DNA of 64,000 nt, taken from positions 156,970 to 220,969 of the forward strand of contig NMRA01000597.1 in the NCBI GenBank assembly GCA_002633005.1, given 5' to 3'. How positions within the stretch are numbered: the stretch's first letter is position 1; every line of letters begins with the position of its first letter. Below are positions 12,937 through 25,211 of the stretch, piece by piece. The translations under genes and the position numbers were made by a program. The stretch comes from Phoronis australis (Eukaryota > Animalia > Phoronida). The notes under the pieces were generated by a model. That model saw only the letters and a list, made by a program, of their open reading frames with translations, was not told the DNA's origin and ran no database searches.

Positions 12937-15900
12937 TTAAATTTCGCGCCAGTTAAACGAAGTATCCAATCCTTCGTACTCAATGAACTTTTTGCGCTTC
13001 ACAGTTTCAATCATCCAGTGGCCATACTTATAGACAGGAGTGCCTTCTGGCGGTGCCTCCAGAACTGGCGACCTGTTGAGGTCAGTGTGGTAACTGGGTT
13101 CCATAAAGAATGGAACAGAATAACGATCGCTACCGATCTCTACCACGCGATGACGTGTAGCTTTCAGTCGGCCTCCACAAAACTTTACCAGAGCATCCCC
13201 AATATTAACAATTAAAGTTCCCGGTGTAGGTTCCACTGCACACCATTCGCCATCTTGGTTGAGCACTTGCAAACCGGGGTTGTCAAAAGCCTCCAGAATC
13301 GTGATCATACTTGTGTCGTGATGATCATCGCAAGTTAGAACCTTGCCATCGTTCGAAATGCACGTCTTCGGAATATCGGCTGTACAAACAAAGAATAACA
13401 TGCAACATGAATTCATTCAACATTTAAAAGATTAATACAAAGTAAATTGCAGACGACAATTTCAGCTGATCCCAGGACCTAATCTCCGCATTTTGGGATG
13501 GAAGGGCAAACTAGTCCACATTGTGGCTTAGAATTTGACGAAGCATGACGGCGCTTTCCCGTTCAGTGACGTTACCAGACGAAGAGGGTTGTGAGCGAGT
13601 GATAACATCTATCTCCTTTGTTAATCGCCAAGCACAGTCCTTTGTCTAGTATGACAACAGGCAGGCCTTTATCTACAGACCAGGTGTGAACACAGTCCAA
13701 CCCAGAGCGAGAATTGGTACGTTCGGAAAGAATAGATTGTCGTAACTTCGATTGTACTTGGGCGATTTTGGCGATTAAAAAACTAAACATGATCATCATT
13801 TGTCGAGGATTTCAGAAATACTGCTGGTTTGTGTTCAAATATGTTATAACTTAACTTTTGTTTTTAACAGCACAGCCCAGCTAGGATAGATGCGATCTTA
13901 TTGGAGATTAGAGAAATTATCGAACAAAAGAGAGCTGGCACTCCAACCATGAATGCCAGAATGGAGTTAATTAGTCGTGTAAGATATTGGCTACAGGGGT
14001 CATCTTCCCAACTTGTTGTTGGGCTATAGAATCGAACAAGTTGGGAGCAACGAAAAAACGTAATGGGGTTGCAAATCATGCGTGTCATTCACACACAACA
14101 GGCCTTTCAAATTGACATGCAAGGTCAATGAAAGCAGCTCTTTGTGAATTCTGGCCCATACAAGTAAACACAGCTTAACGAAAGGTTTGTGGTCCTGGCT
14201 GAAAAGATAATTGATTTATTACCCCCTGTAGATCAGCGAATAGCCAAGCCCAAAATGGAAGTCAGGCTCCCACTTAGAACTCGAATTCTAACCAACCACG
14301 CTGCATGATTCCGCAACAAATTGGTAAACTTACTAGAAGCGTGACGTGCAATTAATTGGCACAATTTCGAGTTGAGTTTCGAGTATTGAGACTAGACCCC
14401 CATTTCGAGGAATTGCAAAAGTATACGATGAATAGGGGAAAGACGTAATTCAAATGTGTCTTTTCGATGTTCATCCGAAAATTCGATTACCTCCTATTGA
14501 GCTTTGTTAAAAGGTATAGTTAAATTATTCATAAATTACCTGTTCCACAACAAAATATTTTAAAATGTTTTAAACGAGTGTTACATCATTGATGAGCACT
14601 GCGTTCCAAAAGAGCCCTCAACACATTCACACCCAATTTCCTCCCATTCACATGCAAACTACAGTTTTGTCAACATGCAACTGAACACGACAAACGTAAT
14701 TTACTGAAGTTTGGTCACGTGCATTAATTTAAAATCTGTTTGGTGGAGTTTGGTAGAGTTTGGTGAATAATAACCAACCAGCAAACAGCAGAAAAGCACA
14801 TGATTCTCAGTGTTCAAAATGGCAGCCTCAGCAAGAGAAAGTTTGGAAAAGTTTGACATTGTGGACACTAGGTAGACAGATTGACTATCACATGACTTTG
14901 TATAGGTATATCAGGGAGACCATTTTGTCGCGTGTAACTCAGTCTCAGTGTTATAAAAATCGACAGCCAGCGGACTAAAAACGCTCTAACTTTGAAACCG
15001 TTGGTTAGATTCTTATGAAATGCGTACCAATAATATATAATTGTATTTTCACAATCTTTCCAGTGGTATCACTTTCAAGATATGTAGAATTAAAGTGGAA
15101 ATACTTTTAAGTCCTTAATTTAAGTATCTTCCTACCAATACTTCTATGTCTTTGCTTTATTTATTCTTACGTGTAATAAATTTGCATTCAATACACCAAG
15201 GTCCCTTATCTGCTTACGGTCACGTTGTATGTTTTCAGTCAGCTTCCACACAACAAGATGGCGTCACATGAGACACGTGCTTTCACTTCCGATCTATCTA
15301 TACATCTATAGTGTGGACTGGTTACCAAACTCGTCAAAACGTCACCAAACTCCAACTTTGTCGTGTTTGCACATAAAAGTTTGGTACAGGTTGCCAGTGT
15401 GGCTGGGCCTATGCAAACTCACTTCTAAAAACTCACTGATACTTTCTCAGTTGTTAAACACGCATTTAAAACACTTTGATTAAAGTACTTACTACCACGT
15501 GATGGGTAATGCAGTAATCGTAGCGTTGACAGCGGTTTCTCGACGATCATGCTATCAAAACAGTGCTCTTCAAAGCCGAGTCCAAGGGCCAACATTCGGA
15601 TCAAATCGATAGCAGTGCGGTGCATCACCTTATAGTAAGATGTCACGATCTCCTTGAAGGGAATCGTCTCCTCAGTCGGCCACTGCGGGTTCTCGTAAAG
15701 TCTGTTACCATTCAGGACATCAGGGTCATTTGGTGGAAGTGTTATGCCGCATTCAAATGCCTCTTTATGACTAGAATTCAGGGGATCTACACCAGTAGGG
15801 AAATAACCTCTGTAGACATTTTTGCTGTTTGGGTTCCACTTCTTTCTTGTAACTTCAAACTTCTTTTCCAAGGGTTGAGTAAAGAACCATTGGCAAGCCT

Positions 15901-16054
15901 CTTTCAAGCGATAAGGGTCTACTCCTTCCACATTTTCGAGTATTAGGAAGCCTATCGTACTCATAATTTCGACCAGCTCCTTTGAGAGCGCATCGCGGTC
16001 CGTTGTCGCTCTTCGCATGTCGATGAGGGGTAGCGTCAGAAGCTTCGAGTCCAT
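12937..16054 (-). CDS. 2-oxoglutarate/Fe(II)-dependent dioxygenase, isopenicillin N synthase-like family (DIOX_N + 2OG-FeII_Oxy), 334 aa
   Basis: Exons 16054-15493 and 13379-12937 (GTAAGT donor, TGTACAG acceptor, phase 1, total 1005 nt). Motifs LPLID, GFLIL, YRGYFP, LRLLHYP, HxD (HHD), VNIGD, ATRHRV and RYS. Confidence 0.92.
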
Positions 16055-16779
16055 CTCGGTCGAAGTTGAAAGGCGGATTCCAGTCTTCAAAATCTACAAC
16101 ACAAATTTTTGTTGCAATGTGTTAACAGTTTGATTCGATATATTTGTGTGTTATATACAGTAGACTTAATGTTGAACAGATTGAGATCGAGAAGAGAGGT
16201 TCTGCCTAACTTGCGACCATTTTTGCTATGCCTCAGTAAATGATGAGGTGAATAAACTACACTTTTATGGAACAATTCAGTGATGTAGAAATTTACTTCG
16301 TTATCAAAAAAGAAACAAAATGCACAGCATAATAATATGTTTCCAGTTTGGAAGCCAACAAATACTTTTGCACTGCACACAGAGGACAGCAACGCAAGAG
16401 CGAAGGGTTCGCCTGGAAATTTTGACAATCGACAAATTGAATGGGGATTTTTGAAAAAATGAACATTCAAAAGTAAGTAAAGATGTTAGATTCGCAGTCG
16501 ATATTTTTATGACGTCACTTCAGTGTACAACAGCAAGGCAAAGCGTTGATTCGCGCTGAAAGTGCACCGCAAACGGTATTATACTTCTAGGCGTGCTTAT
16601 CAGCTTCATGCAAGATACAAGGAGACAACAATTCGACTCCAAATAATAGATGTAATGATCAGAACTGACATGAAACTAACACCAAACCAAGAACTTCAAC
16701 CACGTACCGTTATGAAATTGGTTTCAAATTGTTCCTTAGTGAACTAGGTGATGTTTCTGGGCTTTTCGCAATTGTTTAA

Positions 16780-17142
16780 AAGGATACTAAATCCTATTTT
16801 GATCATTTCAACCAATCCTCGTTCTGTCATTTGCTAATAAATCAGTGGCGTCAATCTTGAACGATGAAAAGAGGAATCGATTAAAAACTCATTATCCCTC
16901 TGACACAGATTGGGTGTTATGGTGTTTAGTGGGCGGTCTTTCAACACAGTTGCTGTGTAATTCGTTAAAAGCGTAGGTCAAGTTTGACCGTTTAGCCGAC
17001 TTTGAGAGGAGTTTTCAATTTTTCCTCCAAGCTTTTGAGAGTTGTCGGAAATTACAGGAAATCATTTTGCCTCAGAGAATTGGACGGAAAAGTCGTTTTA
17101 ACATCATTCTTTTAATAGATCAAAACCCGGTTTGATATCCTT
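16780..17142. mobile_element. TTAA-flanked MITE (Kolobok-like)
   Basis: TTAA|AAGGATACTAAATCC ... GGTTTGATATCCTT|TTAA. A homologous inverted copy lies at 46392-46676. Confidence 0.75.
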
Positions 17143-17279
17143 TTAAGACAAGGCTCTACAAGTCGACTTATCACGGCGTCATCTTATTAGCCAACGAGTA
17201 TGTTCTCTAGCAATAAGAAACTATTTTAATTCTTTGCATGCACAAAACGATTTGGCGGATACAAAATGATTTAAGGGGG

Positions 17280-18790
17280 CACAGCACCTATTGGAATCTG
17301 CACAAAACTAGTAGCTGCCACCATCTACATATTGGATAGTCACTAGGGGGAGCTGCAACAGTCAAATCCGCCCAAACATCGACTAGAGCCGGCGCATTGC
17401 TGTCATATACCTCTATGTCAAGTTTCATTCCGTCAATCAGTTTTCTAGACACCATCAACGCTCATTACCAAAAGTCTGTACAGAGATAGTCTCTCGGTAA
17501 AACCGAAATCGCCACTAAGGGGTGTTCCAGAGGTCGAATCCGTCTGAAAATCGACTGGTACCGGCCAAAGGCGGACAGAAACCACTGTGTCAGGTATCAC
17601 TGAAATCTGTCTGTCGGGTTTCTAGAAAATATCTGGAGACGCTGCTCCCAATAAAATACTGAAAAGCTTCTTGTAAGACAAAAATGACTACTGCAGTAGA
17701 AGCATCTGTCCAGCTGAGGTCAAGAAGCGGGGACAGCTTGAAAAATGGAATGTACCGCCCTTAGTGTGATTCTCAATGTGCCAAATTTTAATTAAATTCC
17801 GAACAGGAGTTCGTGAGATATCGAGCCACCAGGGTGGTGCGGCAGTAGTCGAAACTGCTCGAAAATCGAGTGGTGCCGAAGCTTAAAATGTATTGCCGTC
17901 ACACGTCCGTGACAAATTGTATCAAAATACGAACAGGAGTTTTTGCATTTACTTCTTCTGTCAACACTGGTGTGTATTATGTTCCTGGTATCCGGTCACA
18001 GTTATCTCTCTTCACCGGAAATGTATGACATTATCACGTATTATAGGACATTTAAAAACCATTTGGTGAAATATTTTTGATCGGAGTTGCCAAATGTCAT
18101 CGCTTTCAACTACATTTGGTTTGGTATTTCTTGATGAGAGGACTCGAGCTCTGTCGGTCTCGCCACCTGATGACTGTTTTTGAGATATCGGGCGGACAAG
18201 TGGCGAGTGTTCCGTAGAAGCCAGAATCCTGCAAATACACGATTGAAGAACACGTAAGACTTCGCGACATATCGCCAAGAATTACAAGCGAACCACGTGA
18301 TCAGACTAGATTCCTTAGCGAGATTCTTGCATCTACGAAACTCTACCCTGAACAACCAGATAAAATGGACACTAGGGGGTACGTCAGCAATTGAATCCGT
18401 TTGAACATGCCTTCGGGTCAAGTTTCATCGAAATACCGCAATCGGTTCTCTAGGTATCACTCTTCCCCTCAAAGTACATAAAAACCCTTGTTAAAGCCAA
18501 GCCTAATGAGAGGTGCTCGCAGTGGTCGAATCCGCCTGAAAACGAATGGCCTAGCTGTAGGCGCAATGCCGTCACGCACCCCTGTGTCGTTTCATTGAAT
18601 TCGATGCATCGGTCTCAAGATATTGTTCGGAAACGTTCTTCCCCCAAAACACGAAAAAGTTCATGTCTCCGACCCTGGGGTGCGGGACAGGTTGAGACAG
18701 TCCAAGTGACACCTTACACAATGTGCTAAATTTCACAAAGGCCGAGTATTTGAGATAACAAGCGGTTAACCGGACAAAATGACACTGATG
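17280..18790 (+). repeat. Degenerate tandem array of ~160-190 bp units (Helentron/HINE- or pearl-like internal repeats)
   Basis: Recurrent CACTAGGGGG-type core (17341, 17512, 17826, 18370) followed by GTCGAATCCG..GAAAATCGA and then AAGTTTCAT..AAAT. Boundaries are approximate. Confidence 0.6.
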
Positions 18791-20433
18791 TATAGGCATG
18801 TGGGCTCAAAGATAAATGTTCACTATAAAATGGAAATGGCGTTAACAGTGCTAAGAATGAAGCGTATTGCCAAATGTGGATGTAATGTGCCAAAAGTTAT
18901 CGAAGATTCTATATGTCATCAACCTCCTGAGAAGGCAACGACATTTTGATCGTTTGATTCTGTGTGAAGAAAGATTGACGAAATTGCGAGCGATTTTCAC
19001 ATTCATTCACAGATATGACATTAACTTTTGACAGCAGCAATACGAAAAACTCAAAAACAAAAATTGGAAAGTTAAGGGCACAACCTAGATCACTAAATTT
19101 CTGCCAAACCAAAGTCTTCAAGTATGGCGTGATGACGTGAGTCCCAGCACACGGCACCCCAGAAAAACACACCCAAACGCCTGATAAAGGTTAAATAGAT
19201 ATTTGTCCAAGGATATTTAGGCCGTATCCAAGTTCACTGAAAAGGGTGAGTTGCGAATAGTAACTATTCGCTATCGTTTATCAACATTACTGTTTCCTGG
19301 ACTTTCTTTGTAGATTTAACTACCAGTAGTCGGTCTTCAACTGACGTTTAGACAGTGTTTATGATCATGGACTCGCGATGTCGTACCAAACGAGCGCACA
19401 ACTTACGTCTGGATGTACAACCGAGTCCTGTCAATCAGTTTGAGTGCTTGATTTTGTTGATAGCTATAAGTCTCATCCTAGCAAGGGGGCTATTCAACTA
19501 TTTTGTCCGGATGACTGGGTTTTGCGCTAGGAAACTGTAGCACCCTTTCCTTTAGAGAGTCGGCGGGGTGGGTCAAAATCCACTAGAGTTAGGGCGCCAA
19601 AATAGACACATGTGTTGCTGAAGACACACTCTTTAGAAAAGGTTTTAGTTTTCGTAACATAATTGTTCTGTAGGAGTTTCAATCCCTACATAACATTAAA
19701 ATTCAGTGGATGGCTGCCTTTTGGGGAGTAGTCCTTGTGACCCAACAAATCCGGCATAAATAGAATACGAAACTCTTATGCATAGTTCAGTTATCATTTT
19801 AGAATAACGTTGGCGTAGGTAAATTGAGCAGGAGCCTCAACTCTGTGGTCCAGTTTGGAGAAACTGTATGTCATGACACTTTTTGTCCTTTTTCGCTTCC
19901 AATTTTAATGGGTTCGTTAGCCCGAGCTAAGCAATCACCTGAAATCATGAATCATTTTTGCGCCTATGACTTCTAAGATTATCCCTGATAGTTCTGTTGC
20001 AAAAAGCATATTTTTCTATGGAATTCTCTTACAAAAACTATATCTTTCTGTATAGTTTCAACATAATCAAAACGTAAATCCGTTTGTCGAGGATGCTTAA
20101 AATCGGAAAACGCAACCATTCGCAGGTAACCCGGTAGCGAAAGACCTTCCCACCTGAGTGGAACGTTCCGTACACACTTTTTGTGGAAGTATACCTCGGG
20201 ATTTCCGTTTTAACCACAAATAAATAAAAATTTCCAAGAACATTTTCGAAGAATGGTGAGTATTTCTTCGTCATCTTCTGACAGCGTTCTCTTCCCATGA
20301 ACTGTTCTTTTCTCTCCGAGCGGTACTTCTTTTTCATACGAAATCCACTCATTTATTACAAATCCCAACGAGGTGATGTAATTATTAATTTTCATTGGCT
20401 GCCGAAAAAATCGGCTAGCTCCGGGCTTGACGC

Positions 20434-20589
20434 CAGTGCTGTAGTGGGGCGTAGGCGCACGTAGACGCAGCCAACCACCTTTTGGCACTTGAACGTAGCG
20501 CCTACGCACCGTAAGTTACGTTCAGTGCTCAAGGTGATACGGTGGGCTTCGGAAGCTTACTTACCTCCAAATTTACCACTACAACACTG
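20434..20589 (+). mobile_element. hAT MITE, 8-bp TSD
   Basis: TIRs CAGTGCTGTAGTGG / CCACTACAACACTG. Perfect TSD CTTGACGC (20426-20433, 20590-20597). Confidence 0.9.
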
Positions 20590-21444
20590 CTTGACGCCTA
20601 GCTGTGAGGATTTACCTTAACCAGGCAAATGGGATATTCACGAATGAGACATTCGTCTCACAGCCTCTCGAGGCAAAATCCACAGTTCCTTTTTGCGGCA
20701 AGCGTGAGATATGAGCTGAGCAAAAAAATTTTTCGAAACCCGTACCTCATCGTCTACGTTCTCCTTTAGCTCACGTCAGCGCTCGCATGCTGTGACGATT
20801 TACGCTCGCGTCTTGAAAGAATTGCACTGAAACAACCGAGACTTTCGTCACAGCGCTACGCAAAAGGCAAAATCATCACTTAATTTGGCGCAGACAGGAT
20901 CGAGTTGAGCTCGTTTGCATTCGAAACGCGTAGCTCTGCGTCTGCGCTGGCCGGGCCTTTATTGAAATAGCCTGATGTACTCCATTATATTGGTGTATGT
21001 TATCCAGGGGCACTGAAGTGGCTAGGGTGTACCGCTGGGAAATAAGAATATCCATCCTTTTAGAGAATACGCACGATGAATACCTAACATCCTCTCAGAT
21101 TCTGAGCAAGACTAAAAAGGTTGTTGTTCGTAGCTTACGTTCCACAAAATTGCACCCTTTTGATCGTTGACGTTCGTTCTCTTAATACAACCTCTTTGTA
21201 GGGCAAAAGGCATTGTTATGAATTGAAACATATCCGTAACCTATAAGTAGTATTTGGACTGCAGGTTTATTAGCTTTTAGGCCAACAAATGATATGAACT
21301 CAGTGTGGAGCGTCGACAATCAAAGTGAATGATTTGTAAGTAATTTAACATTTTCGTAGCAGGGAATTTTGATTGTGAAAAAGACACCTTTTAATTCTGA
21401 GAGGCACGTACAGTTTTCCTCTTCTTGGAAGAACCCCCACCCCC

Positions 21445-21535
21445 NNNNNNNNNNNNNNNNNNNNNNNNNNNNNNNNNNNNNNNNNNNNNNNNNNNNNNNN
21501 NNNNNNNNNNNNNNNNNNNNNNNNNNNNNNNNNNN
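21445..21535. other. Assembly gap (91 N)
   Basis: Run of N. Confidence 1.
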
Positions 21536-22745
21536 ACCTCGTTACAACGTTCCCTGTTTACAATGATAACAGCGATATAACGTACAAACTTCCACGTCCC
21601 GATTTTACCTAATCCTAATGCATGTAAGTGTATACCACTTACTGTAACGTATACATTCGGAAGATCCCTTGGTTGCAACGGAGTTTTAATGTAAATATTC
21701 GATGGAACACTCACGTTGACAGTAAGCAGCTCCGAAACTTACCGGTAAGACAAGTGAAACAAGCAGGTCAAACCTCAAAGCTTGCGACCAAGAGTACTTT
21801 GGGGTTAACCTACCTTGGATTTAGTGAGCAAAGTCTACGGAGAAACGTCACGTCCGTGTCCAGCTGCTCAGGTATTCTCACACTTTTTCACGGCCAGTGC
21901 TACATTAACACATAGGTGGCGCTGTAACAGAGGGTATAGGTCAGGGTGTTTCGAGCTCGGGATACACTCCCAAACAACTGCCTTATTGTCGACTTTGCTT
22001 TGTAGGAGGGCCATACTGATGCGCGTAGAATACAGCGAGGCCTTTCACTAACCGTCGAAAGGGGCACTGAAAAACATACGCTAATCAAAGCATATTTTAG
22101 TTTATATTTCCCAGTGGTGTGATTCTGTCAGCGAAGGTCACTGACGTCAGGCGGCTGCAGCTAACTCTGCCTTGGATTCACGCTGGTAATCTTGAGTCAC
22201 TAATGATATTCACACTGACGTCAGAATGGAATTGAGTAACAAAAAATTTGGGGTACAAATAAACAGTAGGTCATGAGAAACCGACCACTTCGGAATCGGT
22301 TTCAGGTGCCGCAATCGACCGTTTGCCGGACTCTCCGATCACCCCCCCCCCGGGTTTTTTGCCTTGGTTGACATGGTCGGTCGAGCATCACCCCGCAAAA
22401 CCCATTGAAGATTTACATATGCCTACCATTACCAAAAATTTTTTAACTATGTTGACTGCCTTCAACCGAACTATTGCTATGATACTTTCACTTGTGTTGG
22501 TCCCCGATCTGGCGTACACCAGCAAAGAAATCTACAACACTAACTTTTGTTCTGGTAAAAATCTTTTTAAAAATTCTCTGCGAAATGTTTTACCAAACCT
22601 TGTGAACAGTCTTCCACGTTATGTCCTTGACAAGATTGATACACATTGTTTGTTTAGTGTAACAACTAATCAATTAGAAATCGTTGCTTTGATGAGAATT
22701 TTCTTGATTGCACTGTTGCCAACTGCTGTTTGTATTTCTGTGAAA
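21536..22745 (+). repeat. Composite dispersed repeat, uninterrupted copy B
   Basis: Colinear with 2137-2653 plus 5059-5748. Ends in NLFKNSLRNVLPNLVNSLPRYVLDKIDTH, resembling a LINE C-terminus. Confidence 0.8.
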
Positions 22746-22759
22746 TTTGGAATTTAGTT

Positions 22760-24669
22760 AAGTCATTCAACTGCCGCAATGTACAAATTAGATGAAGTTA
22801 TACAAACCATCACTTGTAAGAAAGACGGAACTTCACCAGGATGTGATAAAATTAGCATTGAATTCTACAAGCATGCTGATAAAAAGTTGGTAGATTCTCT
22901 GTTGCATCTATACAACTACTTAATATTTAAAAATGGTGTGTGTCCAAAAGAATGGACAAAATCCATTGTGGTACCGATATTCAAGGGCGGTGCCAAAATT
23001 CCTGAAAATTTCAGAGGAATTGCCCTCATGCAAGTAACAGCCAAAATATTCGAAAAAATACTATGCCAGCGACTTCAAAAATGGTCGGAAAGAGAAAAGG
23101 TAATTAGTATGTCTCAAGCTGCGTTTAGGAAAGGACACAGTGCGGTGGGTCCTATGTTTGCTTTATATACGTTAATAATTAAACATTTGTCGCGAGAGAA
23201 AGGTAGATTCTATTGAGCTTTCGTGGATTTTAAAGCCGCTTACAGTGCTGTAGTGGGGCGTAGGCGCACGTAGACGCAGCCAACCACCTTTTGGCATTTG
23301 AACGTAGCGCCTACGCACCGTAAGTTAGGTTTAGTGCTCAAGGTGGTACGGTGGGCTTCTACTTACCTCTAATTTTGCCACTACAGCACTGGCTGCTTAT
23401 TTATAGAAGCGCATTATATTTTAAAGTAAAGAACAATCGCATAGAGGGTAAGATGTATAACTTTCATCAATGGAATGAAGAAATGTACGCGGAAGGCTCT
23501 CAGCTATAAGCGTTTTGTTTATTTTATTTAAAAATGATTTAGAGCAAGAATTAAAATCCGGTGGCGGTGAAAGAATTTCCATGGGATCAGCTAAATTATT
23601 GCATCTGCTGTTTGGTGTTTTGATTTTATTTTCCTACGGTGTTAAAGGATTGCAGAAAAAAATTAAATATTTTATATGAGTATTGTCAGAAATGGAAATC
23701 GATTGTGAACATGTGAAAGACTAGGATAATTGTTTTCAGAAAGGGTGGAATGTTACGATCGTATGAAAAATGGACGTATGATGGGAATACTGTTAATATT
23801 GTAAATGCATATAAATATTTAGGATTAATGTTAACTACGAGAGGTTCGTGGACTTGCGCACAGAAAACTACCGTTACAGGCTTCTAAGGCAGAGAATTTA
23901 ATTAGGAAAAATGTGATTGGTTTTAATGCACTACCCATTAAAGTTAGTTTGAAATTATTCGATTGTAAGATACTGCCGATATTTTATTATGGCTGTGAGA
24001 TCTAGGGTTTTAGTGAGGGTGAAGGTATTGAGGTGAAATGGATCGTTAATCCTTGATTGCATACCGACTTTCCAGAATTATGAAATATTGGATAAAACTA
24101 TTGTAAACCGATGCGTCAAAAATTACATATCATTGCTATCAATGGCAGTACAATATGTCGGTAAATGTTAATAAACGGTGCTGAGTTAATGATGATAAGA
24201 AATTGCTATTTCAGTTTGGTTTTGGAGAAGCACGGTACAATCAGGTTGTAGATTCCGAGACAAGCTTCATATCACTTTTTAAACAGAGATGCAAAGATAT
24301 TGATCGGCAAAAATGGCAAGAAATTTTGAACAATTCGATTAAGCTGGAAACTTACAGAACTTTTTAGTTAAATATATGTTTTGAAAATTATTTAGATGTA
24401 ATTGATAATTTAAATGTTAGATCTGATATGGTAAGATTAACATGTTCAGCGTAATCTCTAATGGTTTAGAAGGGTAGACACTCGAAACTTAGCAGACGAG
24501 AAAAAATTATGCCCTCCCTGTGTTGGGACATGTGTCGAGTCAGAATATCATTTTATTGCCTGTTCTTTCATTAGTTTGTCATATGACTGTCGCTGTATTT
24601 TTCATTTGTTTATAAATACCTTTGTATAATTTATGGGTGGCATTGGGGTCAGACATGAAATAAACGTAC
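22760..24669 (+). mobile_element. 5'-truncated, decayed non-LTR retrotransposon (CR1/L2-group) reverse transcriptase
   Basis: SPGCDKISIEFYK, PKEWTKSIVVPIFKGG, ENFRGIAL, QAAFRKGHS, FVDFKAA, YKYLG and a C-terminal C..VESEYHF motif. Multiple stops and frameshifts. Ends AAATAAACGTAC. Confidence 0.9.
23243..23391 (+). mobile_element. hAT MITE (same family as 20434-20589) inserted in the LINE RT
   Basis: TIRs CAGTGCTGTAGTGG / CCACTACAGCACTG. TSD GCCGCTTA / GCTGCTTA. Confidence 0.9.
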
Positions 24670-24677
24670 TATTACCA

Positions 24678-24803
<126 letters not shown>

Positions 24804-25029
24804 CTTATGCAAAATCTGAACACACATACCCGTTTTAATAAATTGCAACTATTCAAGTCACAGGTGGTCGCCATACTACGTAACAATAAACTGAAAGGGG
24901 TTTCCCAGATTTCAACTAATGGGAATGACTGAATGTTAGGAAATCGGTTTCATTTCTTTAATCAATGAGAAGCCATGTTAAACACCATTCCATAGTGCTA
25001 CCTTTCGCAGTACTGTGAAAGAGTGTATA

Positions 25030-25211
25030 CCGTAATAGGATTCCATTTCCGTTATCAATAATTTATTGAAGTCACATGCAATGTGGCGTGTAAGCGCCAT
25101 CTTCGAATTCACAATTTTAGGGTTGGACATACTCTATAAACTATGAACCATTTTTTCGGCGTTGATAGTTTCGATGTTTTTATTGCTAACGCAAATGGAA
25201 TCCTATCACGG
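25030..25211. mobile_element. TA-flanked MITE (Tc1/mariner-like)
   Basis: TA|CCGTAATAGGATTCCATTTCCGTTATCAATAA ... TTATTGCTAACGCAAATGGAATCCTATCACGG|TA, ~32-bp TIR with 3 mismatches. Confidence 0.75.

Noticed and set aside
12937-16054. Beta-lactam biosynthesis cluster (true IPNS)
   Set aside because: No ACV synthetase or other pathway genes nearby. The motifs only support the wider 2OG-Fe(II) family.
16055-16090. TTG start for the dioxygenase
   Set aside because: Non-ATG start in a eukaryote. The ATG at 16054 gives the expected N-terminus before LPLID.
17280-18790. CRISPR-like repeat-spacer appearance
   Set aside because: Animal DNA, long degenerate units with homologous spacers, and no cas genes.
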